A DNA stretch of 64,000 nt from Gaiellaceae bacterium. Lineage in GTDB: Bacteria > Actinomycetota > Thermoleophilia > Gaiellales > Gaiellaceae. The notes beneath the pieces are model-generated. The model ran no database searches. It was not told where the DNA came from and saw only the letters and a list, made by a program, of their open reading frames with translations. Below, piece by piece: positions 29,929 to 38,939 of this stretch (positions are counted from its first letter, which is position 1; every line of letters begins with the position of its first letter). Made by a program: the position numbers and the translations under genes. The stretch is taken from NCBI GenBank assembly GCA_035546215.1, contig DASZWR010000078.1, forward strand, positions 5,053 through 69,052, in the 5' to 3' direction.

Positions 29929-30683
29929 GGCTCGCCGCCGTCATCGTCGTCGCACTGGCCTGCGCGGGCGCCGCGTCGGCGCAGAGCCCGCTCGTCACGC
30001 GCGGCGAGCACCTGTACGGCCGCTACTGCGCCTCCTGCCACGGGATGAACGGCGTGGCGACGCCGCGCACGATCGGCGCCGGCCCGGGACGCTCGCAGGC
30101 GCAGCAGCGCGCCGTCGCCCCCTCCCTGCGCGGCGTCGGCGCGCGCGCAGCCGACTTCTACCTCCGCACCGGCTACATGCCGCTGCAGCACGTCGGCGAG
30201 CAGCCGCGCCGCTCGCGCGTCATCTTCGACGAGGGCCAGATCCGCGCTCTGATCGCCTACGTCGCCTCGCTCGGCGGCGGCCCGCCGATCCCGCAGCCGC
30301 ACCCGGAGCGCGGCGACATCAGCCTCGGCCAGCACCTCTTCACCGACCATTGTGCGGGCTGCCACCAGATCGCCGCCGAGGGCGGCTACGTCACGGGCGC
30401 GATCCCGCCGCCGCTCGAGGACGCAACGGCGACGCAGGTCGCGCAGGCCGTCCGCATCGGCCCGTACGTGATGCCGCGCTTCTCACGGAAGGCGATCACG
30501 ACGCACCAGCTCGACTCGCTCATCGCCTACGTCGAGTACGCCAAGCATCCCGACGACCCGGGCGGCTGGGCGATCGGCCACCTCGGGCCCGTGCCGGAAG
30601 GGCTCGTCACCTGGTTCATCGCGATGGTCGCGCTCGTCTTGACGTGCCTCGCGATCGGGAAGCGCCTGCGGAGCCATGAGTAG
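29925..30683 (+). CDS. qcrC: Diheme cytochrome c subunit of the bc1 complex
   Basis: Signal peptide, two heme sites CASCH and CAGCH, C-terminal TM anchor LVTWFIAMVALVLTCLAIG. Confidence 0.85.
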   Translation: MRLAAVIVVALACAGAASAQSPLVTRGEHLYGRYCASCHGMNGVATPRTIGAGPGRSQAQQRAVAPSLRGVGARAADFYLRTGYMPLQHVGEQPRRSRVIFDEGQIRALIAYVASLGGGPPIPQPHPERGDISLGQHLFTDHCAGCHQIAAEGGYVTGAIPPPLEDATATQVAQAVRIGPYVMPRFSRKAITTHQLDSLIAYVEYAKHPDDPGGWAIGHLGPVPEGLVTWFIAMVALVLTCLAIGKRLRSHE

Positions 30684-31671
30684 GATCAAGGACCTCCTCG
30701 TCTCGCTGACCGTGCTGCTGATGGGACGCGGGCGCCCGTCGCTGCCCGAGCGCGAGCGCATCGTCCCGGACGAGCCGGCCAACCCCGGCTGGGAGCTCGT
30801 CGCGGTCGCCCTCTTCGGGCTGGGCGCGCTCTCCGCGATCGCCTTCCCGGTCCTCTACGGCCTCGCCGACCACCTCTCGCACGAGAACCAGTGGTTCGGG
30901 CTGTCGCTCGGCCTGGCGTTCGTCTTCATCGGCGCCGCGCTCGTCGTGACGGCGCACAAGCTGATCGCCACGGAGGAGCTCGAAGAGGACTACCCGCCCG
31001 AGGAGCACCCCGAGGAGCAGGAGACGATCGTGCAGGTCGTCGAGGAGAGCGGCAGCCGGTTCACGCGCAGGGGGCTCTTCATGCTGTCGCTCGGCGGCGC
31101 CGGCGGCGCGCTCGGGCTGGCGCTCCTCACACCGCTCGTGTCGCTCGGCCCGGTGTTCCGGATCGCGCCGTTCTTCGGCACGCCGTGGCGGCGCGGCCGC
31201 CGGCTCGTCGACGAGCACGGCCGGCCCTGGAAGGCGTCCGACATCGAGGAGGACACGTTCTACACGGCGTTCCCGGAGGGCGCCGACCGGGAGGAGCTCG
31301 GCTCGCCGATCGTGCTCGTGCGGCTGCCGGAGGAGCGCCTGAAGCTGCCGGCGAGCCTCGCCCACTACCCGGCGAACGGGATCGTCGCCTACTCGAAGAT
31401 CTGCACGCACGCGGGCTGCGCGATCTCGCTCTACCGCACGCCGCTCTTCCAGCCCGACGAGCCGCGCCCCGCGCTCGTCTGCCCGTGCCACTACTCGACG
31501 TTCGACCCCGGCGACGGCGGCACCGTGCTCTTCGGCCCCGCAGGCCGGAAGCTGCCGATGCTGCCGCTCGAGATCGACGGCCGCGGCGAGCTGCGCGCAG
31601 CCGGCAACTTCGACGAGGCCGTCGGCCCGTCGTGGTGGGGTGTCCGCAACCGGAAGCCGGGCCCGTCGTGA
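30676..31671 (+). CDS. qcrA: Rieske iron-sulfur subunit of the bc1 complex
   Basis: Three N-terminal TMs (actinobacterial type). Rieske boxes CTHAGC and CPCHYS. Confidence 0.9.
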   Translation: MSRIKDLLVSLTVLLMGRGRPSLPERERIVPDEPANPGWELVAVALFGLGALSAIAFPVLYGLADHLSHENQWFGLSLGLAFVFIGAALVVTAHKLIATEELEEDYPPEEHPEEQETIVQVVEESGSRFTRRGLFMLSLGGAGGALGLALLTPLVSLGPVFRIAPFFGTPWRRGRRLVDEHGRPWKASDIEEDTFYTAFPEGADREELGSPIVLVRLPEERLKLPASLAHYPANGIVAYSKICTHAGCAISLYRTPLFQPDEPRPALVCPCHYSTFDPGDGGTVLFGPAGRKLPMLPLEIDGRGELRAAGNFDEAVGPSWWGVRNRKPGPS

Positions 31672-33032
31672 TCAGGAAGACGGTCCGGTTCCTCGACCAG
31701 CGCACCGGCGACGCGCCGCTCGTCCGGAAGACCCTGCGCTACCTCTTCCCCGACCACTGGTCGTTCCTGCTGGGCGAGGTCGCCCTCTACTCGTTCGTGA
31801 TCCTCGTCCTCACCGGGACATACCTCGCCTTCTTCTACACGCCCTCGACGAAGGAGATCACCTACCACGGGCCGTACGCGCCGCTGCGCGGGCAGCAGAT
31901 GAGCGAGGCGTACCACTCGGTGCTCGACATCTCGACGAGCGTGCGTGCAGGCCTCCTGATCCGGCAGACGCACCACTGGGCGGCCGACGTCTTCATCGCG
32001 GCGATCTTCCTGCACCTGCTGCGCGTCTTCTTCACCGGCGCGTACCGCAAGCCGCGCGAGCTCACATACGTCATCGGGATCACGATCCTCGTCGTGTCAC
32101 TGCTCGAGGGCTACATGGGCTACTCGCTCGTCGACGACCTGCTCTCGGGGATGGGGCTCGCGATCGGGTACGCGGTCGCCATCTCGCTCCCGTTCGTCGG
32201 CGGCAACTTCGGCGAGCTGATCTGGCACGGGCCGTTCCCGGGCACGGAGGCGTTCTGGTCGCGGATGTACATCGCGCACGTCTTCCTCGTCCCCGCCCTC
32301 CTCGCGCTGCTCCTCACCGCGCACCTTGGCCTCGTCGCGCTCAAGCACCACACCCAGTTCAGAAGGAGCGACCCGCGCGCGACGCAGCGGAAGCTCGTCG
32401 GCGTGCCGCTCTACCCCGGCCAGACCCCGCGGTCGCTCGGCCTCTTCCTGATCACCGCCGGCGTCCTCTTCCTGCTCGGCGGCCTCGTGCAGATCAACCC
32501 CATCTGGCTGTGGGGGCCGTACCACACCTACCTCTCGACGAACGGCGCGCAGCCCGACTGGTACCTCGGCTGGCTGATCGGCGGCCTGCGCCTCGTGCCC
32601 GGCTTCGACGTGACGATCGGCAGCTACACGCTCGTGCCGAACCCGTTCTGGGGCGGCGCGCTGTTTCCGCTCGTCGTGTTCGGGTTCCTGCTCGCGTGGC
32701 CGATGCTCGAGCGGCGGTTCATCACGCACGACGACGGCTTCCACAATCTCGCCGACCGCCCGCGCGACGCGCCGCTCCGCACGGCGATCGGCATCGGCGT
32801 CTTCACCTGGGTCACGCTCGTGTTCGTCGCCGGCGGGATCGACCGCGTCGCGGTGATGTTCGACCTCAGCTACACGGCGGCGATCTGGGCGTTCCGGTTC
32901 CTGATCTGGGTGATCCCCGTGCTCTTCGGCGTGATCGCGTATCGCGTCTGCGTCGAGCTGCAGCGCGGCGAGGAGGCGGAGCGCGTCCGCAAGCGCGCCG
33001 AGCACCGCGCGAAGGCGATGGCGGAGTCGTAG
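31668..33032 (+). CDS. qcrB: Cytochrome b subunit of the bc1 complex
   Basis: GTGA overlap with qcrA. LRYLFPDHWSFLLGE, IRQTHHWAADVFIAAIFLHLLRVFFTG, the PDWY motif region. Confidence 0.9.
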   Translation: MIRKTVRFLDQRTGDAPLVRKTLRYLFPDHWSFLLGEVALYSFVILVLTGTYLAFFYTPSTKEITYHGPYAPLRGQQMSEAYHSVLDISTSVRAGLLIRQTHHWAADVFIAAIFLHLLRVFFTGAYRKPRELTYVIGITILVVSLLEGYMGYSLVDDLLSGMGLAIGYAVAISLPFVGGNFGELIWHGPFPGTEAFWSRMYIAHVFLVPALLALLLTAHLGLVALKHHTQFRRSDPRATQRKLVGVPLYPGQTPRSLGLFLITAGVLFLLGGLVQINPIWLWGPYHTYLSTNGAQPDWYLGWLIGGLRLVPGFDVTIGSYTLVPNPFWGGALFPLVVFGFLLAWPMLERRFITHDDGFHNLADRPRDAPLRTAIGIGVFTWVTLVFVAGGIDRVAVMFDLSYTAAIWAFRFLIWVIPVLFGVIAYRVCVELQRGEEAERVRKRAEHRAKAMAES

Positions 33033-33517
33033 TGCTCACGGTCCTGCAGCAGAAGCTCGCCGAGGCGCACGGCCTCGCGATCTCGGCCTCGGTCGTCACG
33101 CACAAGGTGGCGGAGCGCATCGTCGACCCGACGCTCCTCGGGGAGCTCGAGCGGATGCGCGAGGAGGCGGACGAGACGCGCGTGCGCTGCGTGCTGCTGG
33201 AGCGCTCGCTCCCCGAGTTCGACGAGCTGCGCGCGCACGCGAACTCCACGCACGAGACGGGTGCCGACCTCGTCGGTGCCTGGTTCAACGCGGGCACCGA
33301 CCCGCTCCGCGCCTGGACGTTCCTCGCGATGGGCGAGGCCGCCGAGGTGGCCGCGTGGTCGGCGGTCGCGACGCTCGCCGCCCAGGCCGGCGACGGGCCC
33401 GTCGCCGAGCTCTCGGCGTGGGCGCTGCCGGTGCAGAAGCAGCACCTGCAGGCGGCGCTCGACGGCGCGGTCGTCCTCGCCGCCTCGCTCGAGCCTGCCG
33501 CGCCCCGCTGGGGCTGA
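33032..33517 (+). CDS. Hypothetical helical protein coupled to qcrB (ORF Y)
   Basis: TAGTG overlap with qcrB. High GC3. 161 aa, no TM, heptad-like helical sequence, possibly a ferritin-like four-helix bundle (inference). Confidence 0.6.
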   Translation: MLTVLQQKLAEAHGLAISASVVTHKVAERIVDPTLLGELERMREEADETRVRCVLLERSLPEFDELRAHANSTHETGADLVGAWFNAGTDPLRAWTFLAMGEAAEVAAWSAVATLAAQAGDGPVAELSAWALPVQKQHLQAALDGAVVLAASLEPAAPRWG

Positions 33518-33540
33518 GCGCTAGCCTCGTCCGCGAGCCG

Positions 33541-34899
33541 ATGACCGACCTCGAGACTCCCGCCTGGGGCATCGAGCCCGTCCCCGAGCGCCTGCGCGTC
33601 CTCGGCGTCCTCGACGGCTTCCTGCTCTGGGCGAACCTGTCCGTGTCGCTGCTCGTGATCGTCGCGGGCGCATTCCTCGTCCTGCCCGCCGGCGAGGGCG
33701 GGCTCGGCCTGTCGCTGCCCGAGGCGGTCGGCGCCACCGTCGCGGCTGCGATCGTCGGGAACGCGCTGCTCGGGCTCGGCGGCCTGATCGGCGCCGACGC
33801 GCGCGTGCCGACGATGGTGCTGCTGCGCGCGCCGCTCGGCCGCCGCGGGTCGTACCTTCCGACCGCGCTCAACATCGTCCAGTGCCTCGGCTGGTCGGTG
33901 TTCGAGCTGATCATCATCGCGACGGGCGCGAGCGCGCTTTCGCAGCAGGTTCTCGGCTTCGGCGGCGTCGCGTTCTGGAAGATCCTCTTCGGCGTCGTCG
34001 CGACGGCGCTCGCGCTGCTCGGCCCGGTCGGGTTCGTCCGCAAGTACGTCCGCAAGTTCGCGGTCTGGATCGTGATCGCGTCGCTCGGCTACCTGACGTG
34101 GTGGTCGCTGCACGGACAGCACCCGGTGCGCCTCTGGCACCGCGGCGGCGCGCACGCCTTCTGGGCCGGCTTCGACCTCGTGCTGGCCTCGATCATCAGC
34201 TGGACGCCGCTCGTCGCCGACTACACGCGCTTCGCGCGCTCGCGCAGGGCCGGGTTCTGGAGTGCAGGGCTCGGCTACTTCGTGCCGACGATCCCGCTCT
34301 TCGTGCTCGGTGCGGTGATCGCGATGGCGCGCCAGATCAGTGACGCACCGGGCCTCCTCACCGCGATCGCCGCCGGCGGAGCCGCGAGCGTCCTCGCCCT
34401 GCTCGCGCTGACGGTGGACGAGAGCGACGAGGCGTTCGCGAACGTCTACTCGGGCGCGGTCTCGCTGCAGAACCTGCTGCCGTTCGTGCCGCAGCGGCTG
34501 CTCGTCGGCGGCGTCGCCGCGCTCGCGACCGCCGGCGCGCTGATCGTCGACCTGCGCAACTACCAGCCGTTCCTCTACCTGCTCGGGTCGTTCTTCGTGC
34601 CGCTCTTCGCCGTCCTGCTCGCGGACTGGCTGCTCACGGGCCGCAGCTACTCGCACGACGACGTCTTCCGCGCGCCCGAGGTGCGCGTCGAGATGATCGC
34701 CGCCTGGCTCGTCGGGTTCTGCCTCTACCAGTGGCTGTCGCCGCAGGGGCCGTCGTGGTGGACGAGCCTCGTCGCGCACGCGCATCCGCACGCGCTGCCG
34801 TGGGGCGGCGCGTCTCTCCCGAGCTTCGCAGCCGCGTTCCTGATCGCGGCCGTCGTGCATCTCGCGTTTTCCTTCCAGACAGCGGAGGTAGGCCACTAG
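33541..34899 (+). CDS. NCS1-family permease (purine-cytosine/CytX-like)
   Basis: 12-TM protein. N-terminal WGIEPVPERLRVLG...LWANLSVSLL and TPLVADYTRFA motifs typical of the cytosine/HMP permease family. Confidence 0.8.
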   Translation: MTDLETPAWGIEPVPERLRVLGVLDGFLLWANLSVSLLVIVAGAFLVLPAGEGGLGLSLPEAVGATVAAAIVGNALLGLGGLIGADARVPTMVLLRAPLGRRGSYLPTALNIVQCLGWSVFELIIIATGASALSQQVLGFGGVAFWKILFGVVATALALLGPVGFVRKYVRKFAVWIVIASLGYLTWWSLHGQHPVRLWHRGGAHAFWAGFDLVLASIISWTPLVADYTRFARSRRAGFWSAGLGYFVPTIPLFVLGAVIAMARQISDAPGLLTAIAAGGAASVLALLALTVDESDEAFANVYSGAVSLQNLLPFVPQRLLVGGVAALATAGALIVDLRNYQPFLYLLGSFFVPLFAVLLADWLLTGRSYSHDDVFRAPEVRVEMIAAWLVGFCLYQWLSPQGPSWWTSLVAHAHPHALPWGGASLPSFAAAFLIAAVVHLAFSFQTAEVGH

Positions 34900-34903
34900 C
34901 GTC

Positions 34904-35866
34904 GTGCCGTCCTTCGCCGGGCTCGCGAGCGCTCGACTCGCCCGCGTCCGGCGAGGCCTCTGGCCGTCCGCGCAGACGGCCGCCGCGGCGGCGATCTCCT
35001 GGTGGATCGCGCGCGCCGTCCTCTCGGAGTCGCGGCCGCTCTTCGCGCCGATCGTCGCCGTGATCGCGCTCGGCTTCACGACCGGGCAGCGCGGACGGAC
35101 CGCCGTGCAGACCGTCCTCGGCGTCGCGATCGGGATCGCGGTGGCCGACGTCGTCGCGCACGCGATCGGTGCCGGCGGGCTCCAGATCGCAGCCGTCGTG
35201 TTCGTCGCGATGCTTGCCGGCCTCCTCGTCGGGACGAGCTCGACGTTCGTGGTGCAGGCGGCCGTCTCCGCCGTGATCGTCGCCGCCGCCTACCGTCCCG
35301 GTGTCGGGCTTTCGCCGAGCCGGCTCCTCGAGGCGCTCGTCGGCGGCGCGGTCGCGCTCGTCTTCAGCCAGGTGCTGTTCCCCGTCGATCCCGTCGCACG
35401 CGCCGAGCGGGCGGCGGCACGCCTCGTCGAATCGCTCGCCGAGGCGCTCGAGCGGGCGGCGCGCGGCGAGCCGGCCGGCGCCGGGCCGCTCCCCGCGGCG
35501 ATGCGGGAGCTCGACGAGGCGCTCGAGGTCGCCACGCAGGCCGTCCGGCTCGCACCGACACGCCGCCGCGTCCGAGGCACCGTCGACGCGTACCGCGACG
35601 CCCGCCCGCACCTGGAGCTCGCCGCGGCGTCGGCGGCGACCCTGGCGCGCATCGCGGAGCGCGCCGGCGACGAGTCGGGCGCATTCGCTCCGGCGATCGA
35701 CGCGGTCGCGCAGCTCGCACGCAGGACCGACGCCGAGAGGCTCGCCGCGGCCCGCGCGCGCATCGCAGAGCTGCCCGACGAGCCGCTCACGTCGGCGGCC
35801 GCACGCCTCACGCTCGAGTCGATCGCAGCCGAGCTCGCTGCAGCCGCCCGTCTCGAAACGCCATGA
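34904..35866 (+). CDS. FUSC/aromatic acid exporter-like membrane protein
   Basis: N-terminal half has about 5 TMs (AISWWIARAVL...PIVAVIALGFT). The C-terminal half is Ala-rich and helical. GTG start. Confidence 0.7.
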   Translation: MPSFAGLASARLARVRRGLWPSAQTAAAAAISWWIARAVLSESRPLFAPIVAVIALGFTTGQRGRTAVQTVLGVAIGIAVADVVAHAIGAGGLQIAAVVFVAMLAGLLVGTSSTFVVQAAVSAVIVAAAYRPGVGLSPSRLLEALVGGAVALVFSQVLFPVDPVARAERAAARLVESLAEALERAARGEPAGAGPLPAAMRELDEALEVATQAVRLAPTRRRVRGTVDAYRDARPHLELAAASAATLARIAERAGDESGAFAPAIDAVAQLARRTDAERLAAARARIAELPDEPLTSAAARLTLESIAAELAAAARLETP

Positions 35867-35875
35867 TGCGCACCG

Positions 35876-36634
35876 ATGATCGCGCTGCTCGGCAACCTCT
35901 CGCGCGATCTCGTGCCCGGCGGAGAGGCGAAGGCGGGCGGCGGCCCTTTTCACGGTGCCCGCGCCCTGCAGCGCCTCCGCGTCCCGGCACGGATCGTCGC
36001 CCGCTGCGCGGTGGCGGACCGCACGGCGCTCCTGCCTCCGCTCGTCCGGCTCGGGACGCCCGTCCGCTACGTCCCGGGCGAGCAGACCGCGGCGTTCTCG
36101 TTCACCTACGACGGCGACCGGCGCACGATGTGGATCGAGGGGCTCGGCGACGAGTGGCGGCCCGCCGACCTGCCGGATCTCCGCTGCCGCTGGGTGCACG
36201 TCGCGCCGCTCTCGCGGATGGAATGGCCTGCCGACACGCTGGCCGCGCTCGCACGGCGGCATCGCGTCTCGTACGACGGCCAGGGTCTCGTGCGGCGGCC
36301 CGAGGTCGGCCCGCTGCAGCTCGACGACGACTTCGACCCCGAGATCCTCCGCCACATCTGGGTGCTGAAGCTCGCCGAGGAGGAGGCCGAGGTGGTCGGC
36401 GACCCGACCGCCCTCGGCGTGCGCGAGGTGCTCGTCACCCACGGCTCGCGCGGCTCGACGATCTACTACGGCGGCACGAGGGAGTTCGTACCGGCGCGCG
36501 CGATCCCGCGCGACCCCACCGGCGCCGGCGACGCGTTCGTCACCGCCTACATCGTCGGGCGCAACGCCGGCTTCGCCCCGCCCGGCGCGGCCCGCCGCGC
36601 GACCGCCGTCGTGGCGTCGCTCCTTACCCGATGA
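35876..36634 (+). CDS. PfkB-family carbohydrate kinase
   Basis: C-terminal DPTGAGDAF signature and VLVTHGSRG. Confidence 0.8.
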   Translation: MIALLGNLSRDLVPGGEAKAGGGPFHGARALQRLRVPARIVARCAVADRTALLPPLVRLGTPVRYVPGEQTAAFSFTYDGDRRTMWIEGLGDEWRPADLPDLRCRWVHVAPLSRMEWPADTLAALARRHRVSYDGQGLVRRPEVGPLQLDDDFDPEILRHIWVLKLAEEEAEVVGDPTALGVREVLVTHGSRGSTIYYGGTREFVPARAIPRDPTGAGDAFVTAYIVGRNAGFAPPGAARRATAVVASLLTR

Positions 36635-37008
36635 TCGTCGCGACGGTCGGCGGGACGTACGAGGTCGACCTCGAGAGCGGCGAGGTGGAGCCGAGCCTCG
36701 TCGCGCCGGATCCGCAGCCCGAGCTCGCGCTGAACCTGCCGCGGGTCGTCGCCGCGGCCGCCGCCGGCTCGACCGTCGTCGCGGTCGTCGACGCGAAGCC
36801 GCCGCTGCTCGTCTCGCACGACGCCGGCACCACCTGGCGCGACGGCGGCCGCGGCCTCCCGCCCGGCAGCGCCGTCGCGATCGCGCCGGACGACCCCGAC
36901 ACGGTCGTCTACGCGGCGCGCAACCGGCTCTACGTCTCGCGCGACGGCGGCGTGTTCTGGACGGCGCTCGACGTCGAGCTGCCGGAGATCGTCGCGCTCG
37001 GCTTCTAG
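36631..37008 (+). CDS. Small BNR/Asp-box repeat protein
   Basis: ATGA overlap with the kinase. Near 100 percent GC3. Two SxDxGxTW-like boxes (SHDAGTTW, SRDGGVFW). Confidence 0.55.
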   Translation: MIVATVGGTYEVDLESGEVEPSLVAPDPQPELALNLPRVVAAAAAGSTVVAVVDAKPPLLVSHDAGTTWRDGGRGLPPGSAVAIAPDDPDTVVYAARNRLYVSRDGGVFWTALDVELPEIVALGF

Positions 37009-37850
37009 AAGCTGAACTCGCCGCGGGCGACGACGACCGCGGAGCCGCCCACCTCGACGCGCTCGAGCCGGTCGCCCTCCCCGTGCGCCGACGCGTAGAG
37101 CGTCGACGGCCGGCCGATCTCGGCGCCCTGGTGGATCTCGATCTGCTCGCCGAAGCCGATGCGCCGGTGGCGGGCGAGGTGCACCGCGAGCGGCCCGGCC
37201 GCGGAGCCGGTCGCCGGGTCCTCCGGGATCCCGTCGGCCGGGCCGAACATGCGCGTCTTCCAGGCCGCGCCGTCGCGGGCGAAGCAGTTCGTGCCGTCGT
37301 GCGTCGCGCGCACGAGCGCGGCGAAGTCCGGCTCGAGCGCGGCGACCGCCTCCGGCGACTCCAGCTCGACGTAGAGATGGCCCGGGCCGAGCGCGTACCG
37401 CTCGACCGGCAGCAGCGAGCGCTCGACGCCGAGCGCCGCGAGCACCGCCTCGGCGTTCTCGACCGGCGACCACGTCGGGATCGGCTGCTCCATGCGGCCG
37501 AAGACGATCCGCGGCCCGTCGCGCTCGAGCGTCACCGGGACGACACCGGCCTTCGTCTCGAGGCGGATCACGATCTTCTGCAGCGGCCCGCCGAGCACGA
37601 AGGCGCTGCCGAGCGTGGGGTGCCCCGCGAACGGAAGCTCGCTCGCCGGCGTGAAGATGCGGATCCGCACGTCGGCCTCGGCACTCGTGGCAGGCAGCAC
37701 GAACACCGACTCGGAGAAGCTCATCTCCTTGGCGAGCGCCTGCATGTCGGCGTCCGTCAGGTCGCGCGCGTCGGTGAACACGGCGAGTTGGTTGCCGGCG
37801 AGGGGTGTGTCCGTGAAGACGTCGCAGACCACGTAGCGGAACCGCCTCAT
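37005..37850 (-). CDS. PhzF-family isomerase
   Basis: VVCDVFTDTPLAGNQLAVF...EMSFSESVFV...GHPTLGSA are classic PhzF motifs. Confidence 0.9.
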   Translation of the reverse strand: MRRFRYVVCDVFTDTPLAGNQLAVFTDARDLTDADMQALAKEMSFSESVFVLPATSAEADVRIRIFTPASELPFAGHPTLGSAFVLGGPLQKIVIRLETKAGVVPVTLERDGPRIVFGRMEQPIPTWSPVENAEAVLAALGVERSLLPVERYALGPGHLYVELESPEAVAALEPDFAALVRATHDGTNCFARDGAAWKTRMFGPADGIPEDPATGSAAGPLAVHLARHRRIGFGEQIEIHQGAEIGRPSTLYASAHGEGDRLERVEVGGSAVVVARGEFSF

Positions 37851-37970
37851 CGCTCGAAGACTCTACGCAAGTCGGGGAAGGACACCGGCGCTTGGTCTGG
37901 TCCGGGCAGGACGAGCGGAGCGGGTCCGTAAGCCCGTTGGGACGACTGTCGACAGAAAAGGAGGCGCCCC

Positions 37971-38909
37971 ATGCGCCGGTTGTCCTTGCTCATCGCTCTC
38001 GCCATCGCCGCATGCGTCGCGACCACCGTGACGGCGGCGGCTGCGCACCACAAGAAGCCGAAGCCGCAGAGCTCGGCGGCCCGGCACCACCGAAGCTCGA
38101 GGACGAAGACCACACCGGTCCGGACGACGAAGACGAAGACCGCGACCGCGCCGTCGACTGCGCCGGCCACCGTCCCGAGCGGCTCGTACCCGCTGCACAC
38201 GAACGTCGCAGCGACCACCTTCTGGGTCGGCGAGATCTTCGACTCCTCGCTCGCGGACGGCTCGCAGGCCTGCTCCACCTACGACGGCAAGTGGGCCTAC
38301 CACTGGTCGGGCGGCGTGAACCTCGGCACCGACCCGTCCACCGACTGCGCGGGAGCGCCGATCGGCGGCTGCGACGGCGTGCCGTCCGGGACCGGCGGCG
38401 GCTTCGCCTGCCGCACCGAACGCCGGACCGCCGCGAACGGCTACTTCCCGACCTCGTCGTCGGTGCACCCGGCCGAGAACCCGTTCTACCTCGACCTCCC
38501 GTTCGACGACGTGAACGACAGGACCGCGTTCGCCCAGCGCTGCCAGGTGATCCCGTGGGCGTCCTCGGTGCCCGCGTCGAAGTGCGGCGACCAGTCGTAC
38601 TCGTACATGAAGAACCGCTGGGTCGCGATCACCGGCCCGAACGGCAACACGTGCTACGGCCAGGTCGAGGACGCGGGCCCGTCGCACGGGTCGCTCTACC
38701 ACGACGCCGCCTACGTCTTCGGCTCGAACGACGCGCGGCCGGCGCAGGGCCAGTTCAACAACGCAGGGATGGACGTGTCGCCCGCGCTGAACGGCTGCCT
38801 CGGCTTCAAGGAGCTCGACGGCGACAGCGACCGCGTCTCGTGGCGCTTCGTCGACAGCCCGCCCGCCGGGCCGTGGACGCGGATCGTCACCACCTCCCAG
38901 GTCTCGTGA
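37971..38909 (+). CDS. Secreted Cys-rich protein, paralog A (with K/T/R-rich linker); possible DPBB (RlpA/expansin-like) C-terminal half
   Basis: SD AAAAGGAGG. Signal peptide MRRLSLLIALAIAACVA. 8 conserved Cys. KNRWVAITGPNGNTCYGQVEDAGP...GMDVSPAL resembles the DPBB pattern (inference). Confidence 0.75.
   Translation: MRRLSLLIALAIAACVATTVTAAAAHHKKPKPQSSAARHHRSSRTKTTPVRTTKTKTATAPSTAPATVPSGSYPLHTNVAATTFWVGEIFDSSLADGSQACSTYDGKWAYHWSGGVNLGTDPSTDCAGAPIGGCDGVPSGTGGGFACRTERRTAANGYFPTSSSVHPAENPFYLDLPFDDVNDRTAFAQRCQVIPWASSVPASKCGDQSYSYMKNRWVAITGPNGNTCYGQVEDAGPSHGSLYHDAAYVFGSNDARPAQGQFNNAGMDVSPALNGCLGFKELDGDSDRVSWRFVDSPPAGPWTRIVTTSQVS
38187..38909 (+). repeat. Copy 1 of a 723-bp tandem duplication (conserved domain of paralog A)
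   Basis: Collinear and indel-free with 39015..39737. About 88 percent amino-acid identity by my manual count (about 29 differences in 241). Confidence 0.85.
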
Positions 38910-38939
38910 CCTGGGAGGTACCTTGGTGAGGAGGCTCAG

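Noticed and set aside
38095-38165. Short nucleotide repeats (ACGAAGAC repeated) that look like a tandem repeat.
   Set aside because: They simply encode the K/T/R-rich low-complexity linker of paralog A (RTKTTPVRTTKTKTATAP). They are in frame, not a regulatory or CRISPR-like repeat.
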